Assembly (NCBI GenBank): GCA_028695415.1
Contig: JAQVIY010000002.1
Span: forward strand, 4,883-68,882
From: Minisyncoccota bacterium
Lineage (GTDB): Bacteria; Patescibacteriota; Minisyncoccia; Phycocordibacterales; Phycocordibacteraceae
DNA length: 64,000 bases
Direction of reading: 5' to 3'
Of this stretch, positions 8,649-17,251 are shown piece after piece. Within the stretch, counting starts at the first letter, position 1; each line of letters opens with the position of its first letter. The position numbers and the translations under genes are program-made. The notes beneath the pieces were generated by a model. The model made no database searches. It was not told where the DNA came from and was given only the letters and a program-made list of their open reading frames with translations.

Positions 8649-8834
8649 ATGACCTCACCATTCACCTACCTGAAGCACGTCCGTGAAGAGTTCGCTCATA
8701 TCGTCTGGCCGAGTAATCAGACGGCGCTCGCGCATACGCTCGTCGTCATAGGTATCGCGGTCGCTATCGCGCTCCTTGTCGGCCTCCTCGATTATGTGTT
8801 CGGTCTCGGTGTGAATCGTATTATCGTCGGCTAA
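8649..8834 (+). CDS. secE: Preprotein translocase subunit SecE
   Basis: YL..VREEF.HIVWPS motif, one TM, directly upstream of nusG. Confidence 0.9.
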   Translation: MTSPFTYLKHVREEFAHIVWPSNQTALAHTLVVIGIAVAIALLVGLLDYVFGLGVNRIIVG

Positions 8835-8845
8835 CTTCTTCATCT

Positions 8846-9481
8846 ATGGACGAACACCTGCACAGCGGAGAGATGGATTTGCCTGAGGAGATTGGTATGG
8901 CAGATATCGCTCCTTCGATGCCGAAGGAGATTCACGATGAAGTGGCTCCGAACAAAGAGGATGCGCGCTGGTACACCATTCATACGTACGCGGGTTATGA
9001 GAACGCTGTCGAGCGCAACTTGAAACAGCGCATCGAATCGCTCGGTATGGAGGGGAAAATATTCGACGTTATCGTGCCGACTGAGAAGAAGATCCGCGTG
9101 AAAGGCGGCAAGCGTATCGTCGAAGAAGAGAAGATTTACCCGGGCTACATCCTCGTGCGTATGATTGTGGACGACGATTCGTGGTTTGTGGTGCGTAATA
9201 CCCCGAGAGTGACCGGCTTCGTTGGCTCTGGTAATACGCCGGTCCCGATGGAGGAAACCGAAGTCGCGACGCTTATGAAGCGTATGACTGCGGAGGCGCC
9301 GAAGCACCGCATCGACCTCGTGAAGGACGACCCTATCGTCATCGCCGACGGCCCGTTCAAGGACTTGGAGGGCAAGGTGGGCGAGATAGACGAAGATCGC
9401 GGAAAGGTGAAGGTGATGGTCTCGATGTTCGGTCGCGAGACGCCGGTCGAGCTCGATTTCCTCCAGATACGGAAACTGTAA
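8846..9481 (+). CDS. nusG: Transcription termination/antitermination factor NusG
   Basis: WYTIHTYAGYE, YPGYILV, VRNTPRVTGFVG, KOW motif, MFGRETPVEL. Confidence 0.96.
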   Translation: MDEHLHSGEMDLPEEIGMADIAPSMPKEIHDEVAPNKEDARWYTIHTYAGYENAVERNLKQRIESLGMEGKIFDVIVPTEKKIRVKGGKRIVEEEKIYPGYILVRMIVDDDSWFVVRNTPRVTGFVGSGNTPVPMEETEVATLMKRMTAEAPKHRIDLVKDDPIVIADGPFKDLEGKVGEIDEDRGKVKVMVSMFGRETPVELDFLQIRKL

Positions 9482-9605
9482 AAAGTCAAAAGCACCAAAC
9501 ATCAAATCGCAAGAACCAAATAAGTACCAAATCAAAATGTTTAAAATTTGGAAATTGGAATTTGAACATTGTTTGGTTCTTGGAGGTTGAGATTTGGAAT
9601 TTTTA
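9481..9605. repeat. AT-rich imperfect inverted repeat built of about 7-nt units (CCAAAT.../...ATTTGG)
   Basis: CAAGAACCAAA pairs with TTTGGTTCTTG; A-rich left arm, T-rich right arm. Confidence 0.6.
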
Positions 9606-9632
9606 AGAACCTAAGGTAAGCTCACACAACAT

Positions 9633-10055
9633 ATGGCAACCGTCGTAAAAAAGATAAAACTCCAGATCCCGGGCGGGAAGGCGACTGCGGCGCCTCCGGT
9701 CGGTACTGCGCTCGGCCCTGCGGGCGTGAATATCGGTCAGTTCGTGACCCAGTTCAACGACGCGACTAAGGACAAGATGGGAACGATTATCCCGGTCGAA
9801 CTCTCGGTCTTCGACGACCGCACGTTCACGTTTATTATGAAGAACCCGCCTGCCTCAAGGCTTATCTTGAAGGCGCTCGGTATCGAGAAGGGTTCGAGCA
9901 AGGCGCGCGAGAAGAAGGCGGGCGTCATCACACAAGCGCAGATTGCTGAAATCGTGAAGGAGAAGAGTCCCGATATGAACGCCATCTCTCCTGAGGCCGC
10001 CGCGCGCACTATCGCCGGCACGGCGCGATCAATGGGCATCGATGTGAAAGGCTAA
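9633..10055 (+). CDS. rplK: 50S ribosomal protein L11
   Basis: [38 protein letters not shown]. Confidence 0.96.
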   Translation: MATVVKKIKLQIPGGKATAAPPVGTALGPAGVNIGQFVTQFNDATKDKMGTIIPVELSVFDDRTFTFIMKNPPASRLILKALGIEKGSSKAREKKAGVITQAQIAEIVKEKSPDMNAISPEAAARTIAGTARSMGIDVKG

Positions 10056-10074
10056 TCTCGGACGACAAGACAAG

Positions 10075-10106
10075 AAAAAACGGCACCTTCCTGAGGCGCC
10101 GTTTTT
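10075..10106. terminator. Bidirectional intrinsic terminator between rplK and folA
   Basis: AAAAAACGGCACC...GGCGCCGTTTTT hairpin between convergent genes. Confidence 0.6.
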
Positions 10107-10121
10107 CGTCGATGGTGCGAC

Positions 10122-10664
10122 TTAAGGTACTTGGCGTTTGAATACCGCGAACGTGGATAGGTATTCGTCGCCCACCTCCCACCGTCTTGTGGCTGAACGG
10201 CGGTCACATATCCAGAAGCGGTTATTGAAGGCGGGGAAGTGAGTATCCCCCTCGATCTTGGTCGCGTTCACGAATGTGACATAGAGCGTGTCGGCGCGGG
10301 AGATCAAGGCGCGGTAGAGCATCTCGCCACCGATGCCGCATATCCGCTCGTTTCCCGGGCTGAGCGAAGCGATCTTGAGCGCCTGATCGATGGAGTCGGC
10401 CACGTTTGCTCCAGGAGCATCGTAACCGCGCTGGCTCGTGATGACGATGTTCGTCCTTCCGGGGAGCGGGCGATACCGGTCGGGGAGCGATTCCCATGTC
10501 CTGCGCCCCATGATGCAGGGGTGTTCCATCGTGAGCTCAAGGAAGTGTTTGCGATCGCTCGGGAGGTTCCACGGGATGCGACCTTCTTTGCCGATGACTC
10601 TGTCTGCGGTCGTCATCGCGACGATGATACAAAGACCTGGAATGACCTGAGATTGGTATGACAT
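10122..10664 (-). CDS. folA: Dihydrofolate reductase
   Basis: IVAM...RVIG...IPW.LPSD..HF, IMGRRTWES, RPLPGRTNIV, IGG..LY, EGDTHFP; AGGAGG SD. Confidence 0.93.
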   Translation of the reverse strand: MSYQSQVIPGLCIIVAMTTADRVIGKEGRIPWNLPSDRKHFLELTMEHPCIMGRRTWESLPDRYRPLPGRTNIVITSQRGYDAPGANVADSIDQALKIASLSPGNERICGIGGEMLYRALISRADTLYVTFVNATKIEGDTHFPAFNNRFWICDRRSATRRWEVGDEYLSTFAVFKRQVP

Positions 10665-10795
10665 AACTGCCTCCTTTCTGGTGGTTGTCTGCCCGCCATC
10701 TTCCCGCGCTCGAGCCCGGACGTCAATCTTGCGCCCGACCCGCTTGGGGCGTACAGTCGTACTGGGTAATTTTGCTCATTGTATGGAGAAAGGTC

Positions 10796-11440
10796 ATGGA
10801 AACAGGAAATGGCAACGGTGGTAAGAACTCCCTCATGCTCCGGGTCCAGAGGATTCTCCGGGGGTCAGCGACGTTTGAGGATCGGTTCGTTTCCGATCAC
10901 GATGAACTCCTCGAGATGGCACGCATCCTTCGTTCAATGGGGTGCGCAATCGGTTACACCGAGGGGGTATTCGATCTCTTCCACATCGGTCATGCCGACT
11001 ATCTCAAGGTCGGCAAGGACGCGGCAGTAAAGGTGTGCTCATCTGCCGAACAGGTAGTCCTTGTCGTCGGGGCAGATTCCGATGCGCTCACTAAGTCGCG
11101 CAAGGGGCCTGGTCGGCCGATTGCGCCCGAGGGCGAGCGGTGTCAAATCTTGGGGCATCTCCGCTCAGTCGACATCATCACGGTGCTTCATGAGCCGGAA
11201 GTGTTCAATCGGAATTTGCATCCCGAAGTGCGCATCATCTCCGAATCAACCGGGGATAACCCTGACAAGGAGGACATGAAGCGTTATTGCGACGAACTGG
11301 TGTGCCTGCCGCCACAGCGGCCGACTGGCACGACGGCGACTATTCGAACCCTTGCCCTGGAGGGAGGTGTTGCGGCTATCGAGAAGGTGCGTCACAAGTT
11401 GGTGACGGTTCTGGAGGAGACTCTTCATGAACTCGGATAA
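10796..11440 (+). CDS. Cytidylyltransferase-like (HIGH) nucleotidyltransferase, TagD/RfaE-II family
   Basis: GVFDLFHIGHADYL, LVVGADSD, RKGPGRPI....ER motifs; start re-called at ATG 10796. Confidence 0.82.
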   Translation: METGNGNGGKNSLMLRVQRILRGSATFEDRFVSDHDELLEMARILRSMGCAIGYTEGVFDLFHIGHADYLKVGKDAAVKVCSSAEQVVLVVGADSDALTKSRKGPGRPIAPEGERCQILGHLRSVDIITVLHEPEVFNRNLHPEVRIISESTGDNPDKEDMKRYCDELVCLPPQRPTGTTATIRTLALEGGVAAIEKVRHKLVTVLEETLHELG

Positions 11441-12281
11441 CTCGGCGGTCGTTGCGTACGTGGCCTCGCCGCACGAGGGGTATATGCGCTTCTTCCGCGA
11501 GTATGCCGGCAGTGTCTTGTGGATTCTCGGCGAGGATTTCATCTCCGAAGTCCCCTCGCTCACGAGCCACATGCCGGGCAACCGACCCAGTGATGCGCAG
11601 AAGATGATCGATGCGCTCGGGATATTTCGTGAAGTTCACATCCTCACGAAAGACAATGCCGAGGCAGTCCGGCAATATTCACGCATCATCATGCCGGACG
11701 AAGATGTGTCGCGGGCTATCGCGGGACGCTACTATGCCGATCTCGCAGTGTTCTTCGACGACCGATGGAAACTTCGTTGGTATACGGGAACAGTCGCAAT
11801 TGGGCGGAAGCCCGAAGGAGAGGAGGTCATTTCGGTAGACGAGTTTGACCGGCGATTGCTACTGCAAGCGCAGGAACTCGCAAGGCGAAGTCCCGACTGG
11901 TGGAGGCAGGTGAGCGCGTTCTTGGTTCGCGAGGGTGTAGTGCTTCTCGCGGCCTTCAATGGCCACCATCCCCACGAGCAGAGCTGCTATGTCCTGGGAG
12001 ATCCGCGAAGCTGTTTCGGACCTGGAGAACGTATTGATTTGTCAGCGGCTGGTCACGCAGAGGCGGCATTGGCCTCAGCAGCGCTTAAGCGTGGCATATG
12101 TACTGTCGGCTGCGATCTCTACGTGACTACGTTTCCTTGTCCCGCGTGTGCGTACCTGTGGTCAGAGAGCGGCATTAAGCGTCTTTTCTACGCTGACGGC
12201 TACTCACTTATCGCGGGGGCGGAGGATCTTCAGAGAAACAAGGTCCAGATCATCCGCGTGCTCTTTGACACTCCCCCGTGA
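11427..12281 (+). CDS. Fusion of a degenerate nucleotidyltransferase-like N domain and a dCMP/cytidine deaminase domain
   Basis: C-terminal HAE...LYVTTFPCPACA...GIKRLFY Zn deaminase motif; N-terminal VAYVASPHEGY resembles a HIGH-like strand-loop. Confidence 0.78.
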   Translation: MNSDNSAVVAYVASPHEGYMRFFREYAGSVLWILGEDFISEVPSLTSHMPGNRPSDAQKMIDALGIFREVHILTKDNAEAVRQYSRIIMPDEDVSRAIAGRYYADLAVFFDDRWKLRWYTGTVAIGRKPEGEEVISVDEFDRRLLLQAQELARRSPDWWRQVSAFLVREGVVLLAAFNGHHPHEQSCYVLGDPRSCFGPGERIDLSAAGHAEAALASAALKRGICTVGCDLYVTTFPCPACAYLWSESGIKRLFYADGYSLIAGAEDLQRNKVQIIRVLFDTPP

Positions 12282-12303
12282 TGGGGGAGTTTTATTTTGC
12301 CCG

Positions 12304-12756
12304 CTAGCCGACGGGGAAGGAAACAGTCTTAGATTTTCCACTCTTCTGCAGGGATGGGTAAATCAGGTGCGCGTGGAGATGTGAGACAGTCGCTCCCGTG
12401 AAATTCGTTTCTCCAAAACGCAGGGCAAGGGCGCCTCCTTGTATCTTGTATGTGCGGACGGCCCATCGGCTTAGTCGAAGTATCGCGTCGAAATCTTCGG
12501 CGCTGAGATCGCTGAGTGTCTCTTTGTGCTTTATGGCGATAAGCAAGAAATGTTTTTCCGCATTCTTATACGGCCAGCTATTCTCGGTAAGTATCCACCC
12601 CTTCATTTTCTTCAGGATAGGTTTCTTGTGGTATTTGAAATTTTCTGGGCAAAAAGGACAGTGGCCGATTTTATCTATAGAATCTATGACCTGGCGATAT
12701 TCTTTGCTCTTCGCGAAACGCGGATTTACGACACGAGCTTTCTTTTCCTTCGTCAT
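12304..12756 (-). CDS. HIT family hydrolase/nucleotidyl transferase
   Basis: CPFC, N.WPY, HLHAHLI histidine triad; start re-called at 12756. Confidence 0.85.
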   Translation of the reverse strand: MTKEKKARVVNPRFAKSKEYRQVIDSIDKIGHCPFCPENFKYHKKPILKKMKGWILTENSWPYKNAEKHFLLIAIKHKETLSDLSAEDFDAILRLSRWAVRTYKIQGGALALRFGETNFTGATVSHLHAHLIYPSLQKSGKSKTVSFPVG

Positions 12757-12835
12757 AGGAATTAACCATATACCAGTGTAGATAATAAAAAAAGCGCCGC
12801 CTCGCAAGGAGGCGGCTTGAGTCCCGAAGGACAAC

Positions 12836-13747
12836 TCAAGGGCTATACGGAATCTTCATGGCCGGACACGGATCGTATTCTTCGATGTTGAAGTGTTCGG
12901 TACGGAAATCGAACAAGTTCGTCACCGAAGGATCGAGCCGCAGAATCGGGAACGGCCGCGGCTTGCGCTCGGCGAGCTCCTTCATTTTCTCGATTTGGTT
13001 CTCGTAGATGTGGACGTCGGCAATGTAGTGAATGTAGTTGCCCGGTTTGAATCCTGTCATCTGACAGATCGCTAGATGAAGCGCGGCATATTGCAACATG
13101 TTGTTGGGGACGCCGAGCGGGAAGTCGCCCGATCGTTGGCTCATCAGCAGGTGCAGTCTGCCGTTGATGACACGCACATGGACCCAGCCGTGGCACGGAG
13201 CAATCTGAACCTTCCGGTTCGGGCCGCAAGCCGTGTAGAACGGAATCCATGGCGTCACCAGGTGAGTGCGGAGCGATGGGTACTGCCGGATCTGATCCAG
13301 TAGCTGTTCAAACTGATTCAGCGTCTTGGGTGCCCAGAACTTCCACCAAGGGCGGGGAACAGGGAAGTCGTGGAATGCCGCTCCATACGAGCCGGGACCG
13401 AGATCATCGGGCGCGAGTCCGAGTACGGTTCCTTTCCCGCGGTACGGACTCCAGAAACCCTTACATCCGTAGGATTCGAGCCCGTCGATTGTGGTCTCCC
13501 CATTGATCATGCCGAAGATCTCGCCGATTGGCTTCCGCCAGAAGGTTTCCATCGAACGTTCGGTGAGCATGGGTATGCCGTTCCGCGGATCGAACACCAT
13601 TGGGGCGAGGGTACCGAAGCATGTGAGTGCGCCGACCCCTTGGGGCGTTTCCTTGATCATCTCCCCGTGTGCGAGGATGTGCTTCACTCGGTCTTGATAC
13701 TGGGTGTCAGGCACCCGATCAGAGAGCGGTTTGTAGAAGGTATTCAT
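12836..13747 (-). CDS. thyA: Thymidylate synthase (divergent)
   Basis: APCH catalytic Cys, QRSGD..LGVPNN, DVHIYENQ; start ATG 13747 with AAGGAG SD. Confidence 0.88.
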   Translation of the reverse strand: MNTFYKPLSDRVPDTQYQDRVKHILAHGEMIKETPQGVGALTCFGTLAPMVFDPRNGIPMLTERSMETFWRKPIGEIFGMINGETTIDGLESYGCKGFWSPYRGKGTVLGLAPDDLGPGSYGAAFHDFPVPRPWWKFWAPKTLNQFEQLLDQIRQYPSLRTHLVTPWIPFYTACGPNRKVQIAPCHGWVHVRVINGRLHLLMSQRSGDFPLGVPNNMLQYAALHLAICQMTGFKPGNYIHYIADVHIYENQIEKMKELAERKPRPFPILRLDPSVTNLFDFRTEHFNIEEYDPCPAMKIPYSP

Positions 13748-13842
13748 GCGCGTACTCCTTTTCGGTAGGGTTTTTGGGGAACTGCTATCTTGTCGCATCA
13801 TACGGAACTCTGAAGAATAGTCAAACGTGCTACACTCGCCGT

Positions 13843-15102
13843 ATGTATGAGCACATCGAGAGAGAGGATGCAGAAGTATACGCCGCGCTTATAGGCGAAG
13901 AGAAGCGGCAGGCCGAGGGACTCGAACTTATCCCGAGCGAGAATTATGTCTCGCGTGCGGTGAAGGAAGCGATGGCGTCGTCCTTGACCAATAAATATGC
14001 CGAAGGATATCCGGGGAAGCGTTACTACGGCGGTCAAGAATTCACTGACGCGGTCGAGACGCTCGCGATTGAGCGTGCAAAGAAATTGTTCAAGGCGAAA
14101 TATGTGAACGTCCAACCGCTCGGCGGAGCGAACGCGAACATCGCGATGTATTTCGCGCTCCTTGAGCCGGGCGATACGGTGCTCGGCATGGACCTCTCGC
14201 ACGGCGGACACCTGACTCACGGTCACCCCGTGACCTACCTCACGAAGATTTTCAACTTCGAGCGGTACAAGATGAAGAATGTAGAGACCGGCGAGATAGA
14301 TTATGCCGAGATGCGTAAGGTCGCAAAGAAGATAAAGCCGAAAATTATTCTCGCCGGCTTCTCGGCGTATCCGCGCGAGCTCGACTATAAGAAATTCGTT
14401 TCTATCGCGCGCGAGGTAGGTGCTATTTCGGTCATGGATATCGCGCACATCGCGGGTCTCATCGCGGGGAAAGCGGCGAAAAATCCGTTCGATTACGGCT
14501 TCGACATCATGACGACCACGACGCACAAGACGCTGCGCGGTCCGCGCGGCGGCATGATCCTCATCCGCGAAAGCGAAGAACTCGCGAAGAAGATCAATAA
14601 AGCCGTGTTCCCCGGCTTCCAGGGCGGTCCGCATATGCATCAAATAGCGGCCAAGGCGATTGCGTTTGCTGAGGCGCTTCGCCCGTCGTTCAAGAAGTAT
14701 GCGAAGCAAATCATTTTGAATACGAAGGCGATGGAGAAAGTCTTCAAGAAACACAAAGCGCGCATGCTCACGGGCGGTTCCGATAATCACCTCATCTTGC
14801 TCGACGTATGGACCAGTTTCGGCATCTCAGGCGCCGATGCGGAGGCCTTGCTCGACCGCGCAGGCATCACACTCAATAAGAATGCAATTGCGGACGATAC
14901 GCGAAAGCCGATGGATCCGTCAGGCATACGCTTCGGCACGCCGGCCTTGACCACGCGCGGGTTCAAACAGAGGGAGACGACCCGAGTCGCGGAAATAATG
15001 GTGGAAGTGCTCACCAAACGCGATGATAAAACGGTGAAGCGCGCACGGCAGGAAGTGAAGAGACTTGCGCTCAGTCACCCCATTCCCGAGTCGTTTCTCT
15101 AG
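13843..15102 (+). CDS. glyA: Serine hydroxymethyltransferase
   Basis: LIPSENY, NKYAEGYPGKRYYGG, GGHLTHG, TTTHKTLRGPRGG; start re-called at 13843. Confidence 0.97.
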   Translation: MYEHIEREDAEVYAALIGEEKRQAEGLELIPSENYVSRAVKEAMASSLTNKYAEGYPGKRYYGGQEFTDAVETLAIERAKKLFKAKYVNVQPLGGANANIAMYFALLEPGDTVLGMDLSHGGHLTHGHPVTYLTKIFNFERYKMKNVETGEIDYAEMRKVAKKIKPKIILAGFSAYPRELDYKKFVSIAREVGAISVMDIAHIAGLIAGKAAKNPFDYGFDIMTTTTHKTLRGPRGGMILIRESEELAKKINKAVFPGFQGGPHMHQIAAKAIAFAEALRPSFKKYAKQIILNTKAMEKVFKKHKARMLTGGSDNHLILLDVWTSFGISGADAEALLDRAGITLNKNAIADDTRKPMDPSGIRFGTPALTTRGFKQRETTRVAEIMVEVLTKRDDKTVKRARQEVKRLALSHPIPESFL

Positions 15103-15125
15103 AGAAATCTGATACACTCGCTCGT

Positions 15126-16775
15126 ATGGAAGAGCGAATTAGAAAGGCGGTCGGCGAAGCGCTCAGTGCGGCGGGTGCGGCTGGCACCGTGTTTACCGTC
15201 GAGCGCCCGACTGAGGCCGCGCATGGCGACTATACGACCAACGCCGCGCTCGTGGCGGCGAAGACGCTCGGTAAGAAGCCGCATGAAGTTGCGGATGAGC
15301 TCGCACGCTCGCTTGTCGACTCGCTCGGCGCGAGCGTGAGTCATATCGCGGTGGCGGGTCCAGGATTTGTAAACATTATGCTCGCGCGCGAGGCGATTAC
15401 GTTTGCGGTCGCCGAGGCGGATGCACAGGGCAGCGAATGGGGGAAGGGAACACTCTCGTCTGGACAACGCGTCATGGTCGAATACACTGACCCGAATCCG
15501 TTCAAAGAGATGCATATAGGGCATCTTATGAGCAACACGATCGGCGAAGCACTTTCGCGCCTTATCGAAAGCGAAGGGGCAACAATCATTCGATCGTGTT
15601 ACTCAGGTGATATCGGCCCCCATGTCGCAAAAGCGTTGTGGAGTTTGCGAAAGCAAGGGGTAACAGATCCTGTTTCCGCAACTGAACTCAGTGCCGCATA
15701 TGTGGCAGGCAATCGTGCATATGAAGACTCCCCAGAAGCAAAAGCAGAGATAGATGCACTCAATACCGAAGTCTATAAAGGAGAGGACAAGGCGCTCATG
15801 GAACTTTGGCAAAAAGGTCGCGAGATCGCTCTCGAAGCATTCCGAGGTATTTTCAAAACACTTGGCACGCATTTTGATTACTACTTCTTCGAAAGCGAAA
15901 CCTCGGAGCCGGGCATGCGTATCGTCCGCGACGGCGTGAACAAGGGCGTGTTCGAGGAAAGCGATGGGGCGATTATTTATCGCGGCGAGAAGAAAGGCCT
16001 CCATACGCTCGTGTTCATTACGAGCCGCGGCACGCCGACCTACGAAGCAAAAGACATCGGGCTCGCATTCCTGAAAGAAGAGCGTGTTCAAACCGATCGC
16101 TCGATTATTATGACCGGCACCGAGCAAGTGGGGCATTTCAAAATCGTGCTCGCCGCCCTTTCTGAAATAGCTCCATTACTTGCCAAGAAGACAAGTCATG
16201 TACCGCATGGGCTTTTACGTCTCACCACTGGCAAGATGTCGTCGCGCGAGGGTAATGTCATCACCGCGCTCGAGCTGATCAAAGAAATGATTGCGAAGGC
16301 TTCAGAAAAGAATTCCGACCCACTCATCAGAGAACAAGTCGCTATCGGCGCGATCAAATACATGGTGCTGCGACAAGCGCCGGGTTCGGATATCATCTTC
16401 GACCCCGAGAAGTCGCTCTCGCTCGAGGGCGATTCGGGGCCGTATCTTCAATACGCGCTCGTGCGCGCGAAGTCGGTGCTCGAGAAAGCAACACATGATG
16501 CGCAAGAAAGAAATAGTCCGAACCACCCCTATCTTCTGGAGAGAGTTATTCTGCATTTCCCCGAAGTCGCCGCGCGCGCCGCACACGAGCTCGCGCCAAA
16601 CTTGCTCGTGAATTATCTCACCGAGCTCGCGGGGGAGTGGAACTCTTTCTATGCTGCTGAACGCATTGTCGGCGGCGACTATGAGGCGCATAAGCTCATG
16701 CTCGCGCGCGCGTTTGTGAACACGATGACAAATGGCCTCACGCTTCTTAGTATTCCCACCCCGGAGAAGATGTAA
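15126..16775 (+). CDS. argS: Arginine--tRNA ligase
   Basis: HGDY.TN.A, AGPGFVN, EYTDPNPFKEMHIGH, KMSSR.G, GDSGPYLQY. Confidence 0.95.
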   Translation: MEERIRKAVGEALSAAGAAGTVFTVERPTEAAHGDYTTNAALVAAKTLGKKPHEVADELARSLVDSLGASVSHIAVAGPGFVNIMLAREAITFAVAEADAQGSEWGKGTLSSGQRVMVEYTDPNPFKEMHIGHLMSNTIGEALSRLIESEGATIIRSCYSGDIGPHVAKALWSLRKQGVTDPVSATELSAAYVAGNRAYEDSPEAKAEIDALNTEVYKGEDKALMELWQKGREIALEAFRGIFKTLGTHFDYYFFESETSEPGMRIVRDGVNKGVFEESDGAIIYRGEKKGLHTLVFITSRGTPTYEAKDIGLAFLKEERVQTDRSIIMTGTEQVGHFKIVLAALSEIAPLLAKKTSHVPHGLLRLTTGKMSSREGNVITALELIKEMIAKASEKNSDPLIREQVAIGAIKYMVLRQAPGSDIIFDPEKSLSLEGDSGPYLQYALVRAKSVLEKATHDAQERNSPNHPYLLERVILHFPEVAARAAHELAPNLLVNYLTELAGEWNSFYAAERIVGGDYEAHKLMLARAFVNTMTNGLTLLSIPTPEKM

Positions 16776-16873
16776 ACTCATATCGGTTGCGCGACTTCGC
16801 TTACTGCGTTAGATTCATCGCAGGATTGCACGTTCGTGCGTCATTTATGTTGTTCAACAAGAGGAGCTTGGAT

Positions 16874-17158
16874 ATGCCGAAAAAGGGAAATGGCTACACC
16901 GCAGCTGCGGCGGTCGCTACCGCTCTGGAAAAAAGCGGGCTGCAACCGAAAACGTTTTTCCAATGTGCAAGCAGGTTCGGGAAGTCGAAACCGCTTGACC
17001 CTTCTGCCGAAGCGGACAGGTTTGTCGCCTGGCAATCAGGCGGGGCCCCCAAAGGCTACACGCCACACCCGATCGCCAGAGCTATGGCCGACTGGATACT
17101 CACTGCCGACCCAAGGAATGTGAGCAGAAGGATTCAGTCTCTCAGCATAGCCCAGTAG
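16874..17158 (+). CDS. Hypothetical protein (94 aa)
   Basis: ORF with GAGGAG SD before ATG 16874; no recognisable family. Confidence 0.5.
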   Translation: MPKKGNGYTAAAAVATALEKSGLQPKTFFQCASRFGKSKPLDPSAEADRFVAWQSGGAPKGYTPHPIARAMADWILTADPRNVSRRIQSLSIAQ

Positions 17159-17251
17159 GGCGTCTATCCTCAGTGTCAGGACCAACAACGGCCGTAGGGA
17201 TTTCCTGCGGCTGTTTCCATTTTCGACCTGCAAACGCTAGACTAAGCGGAT

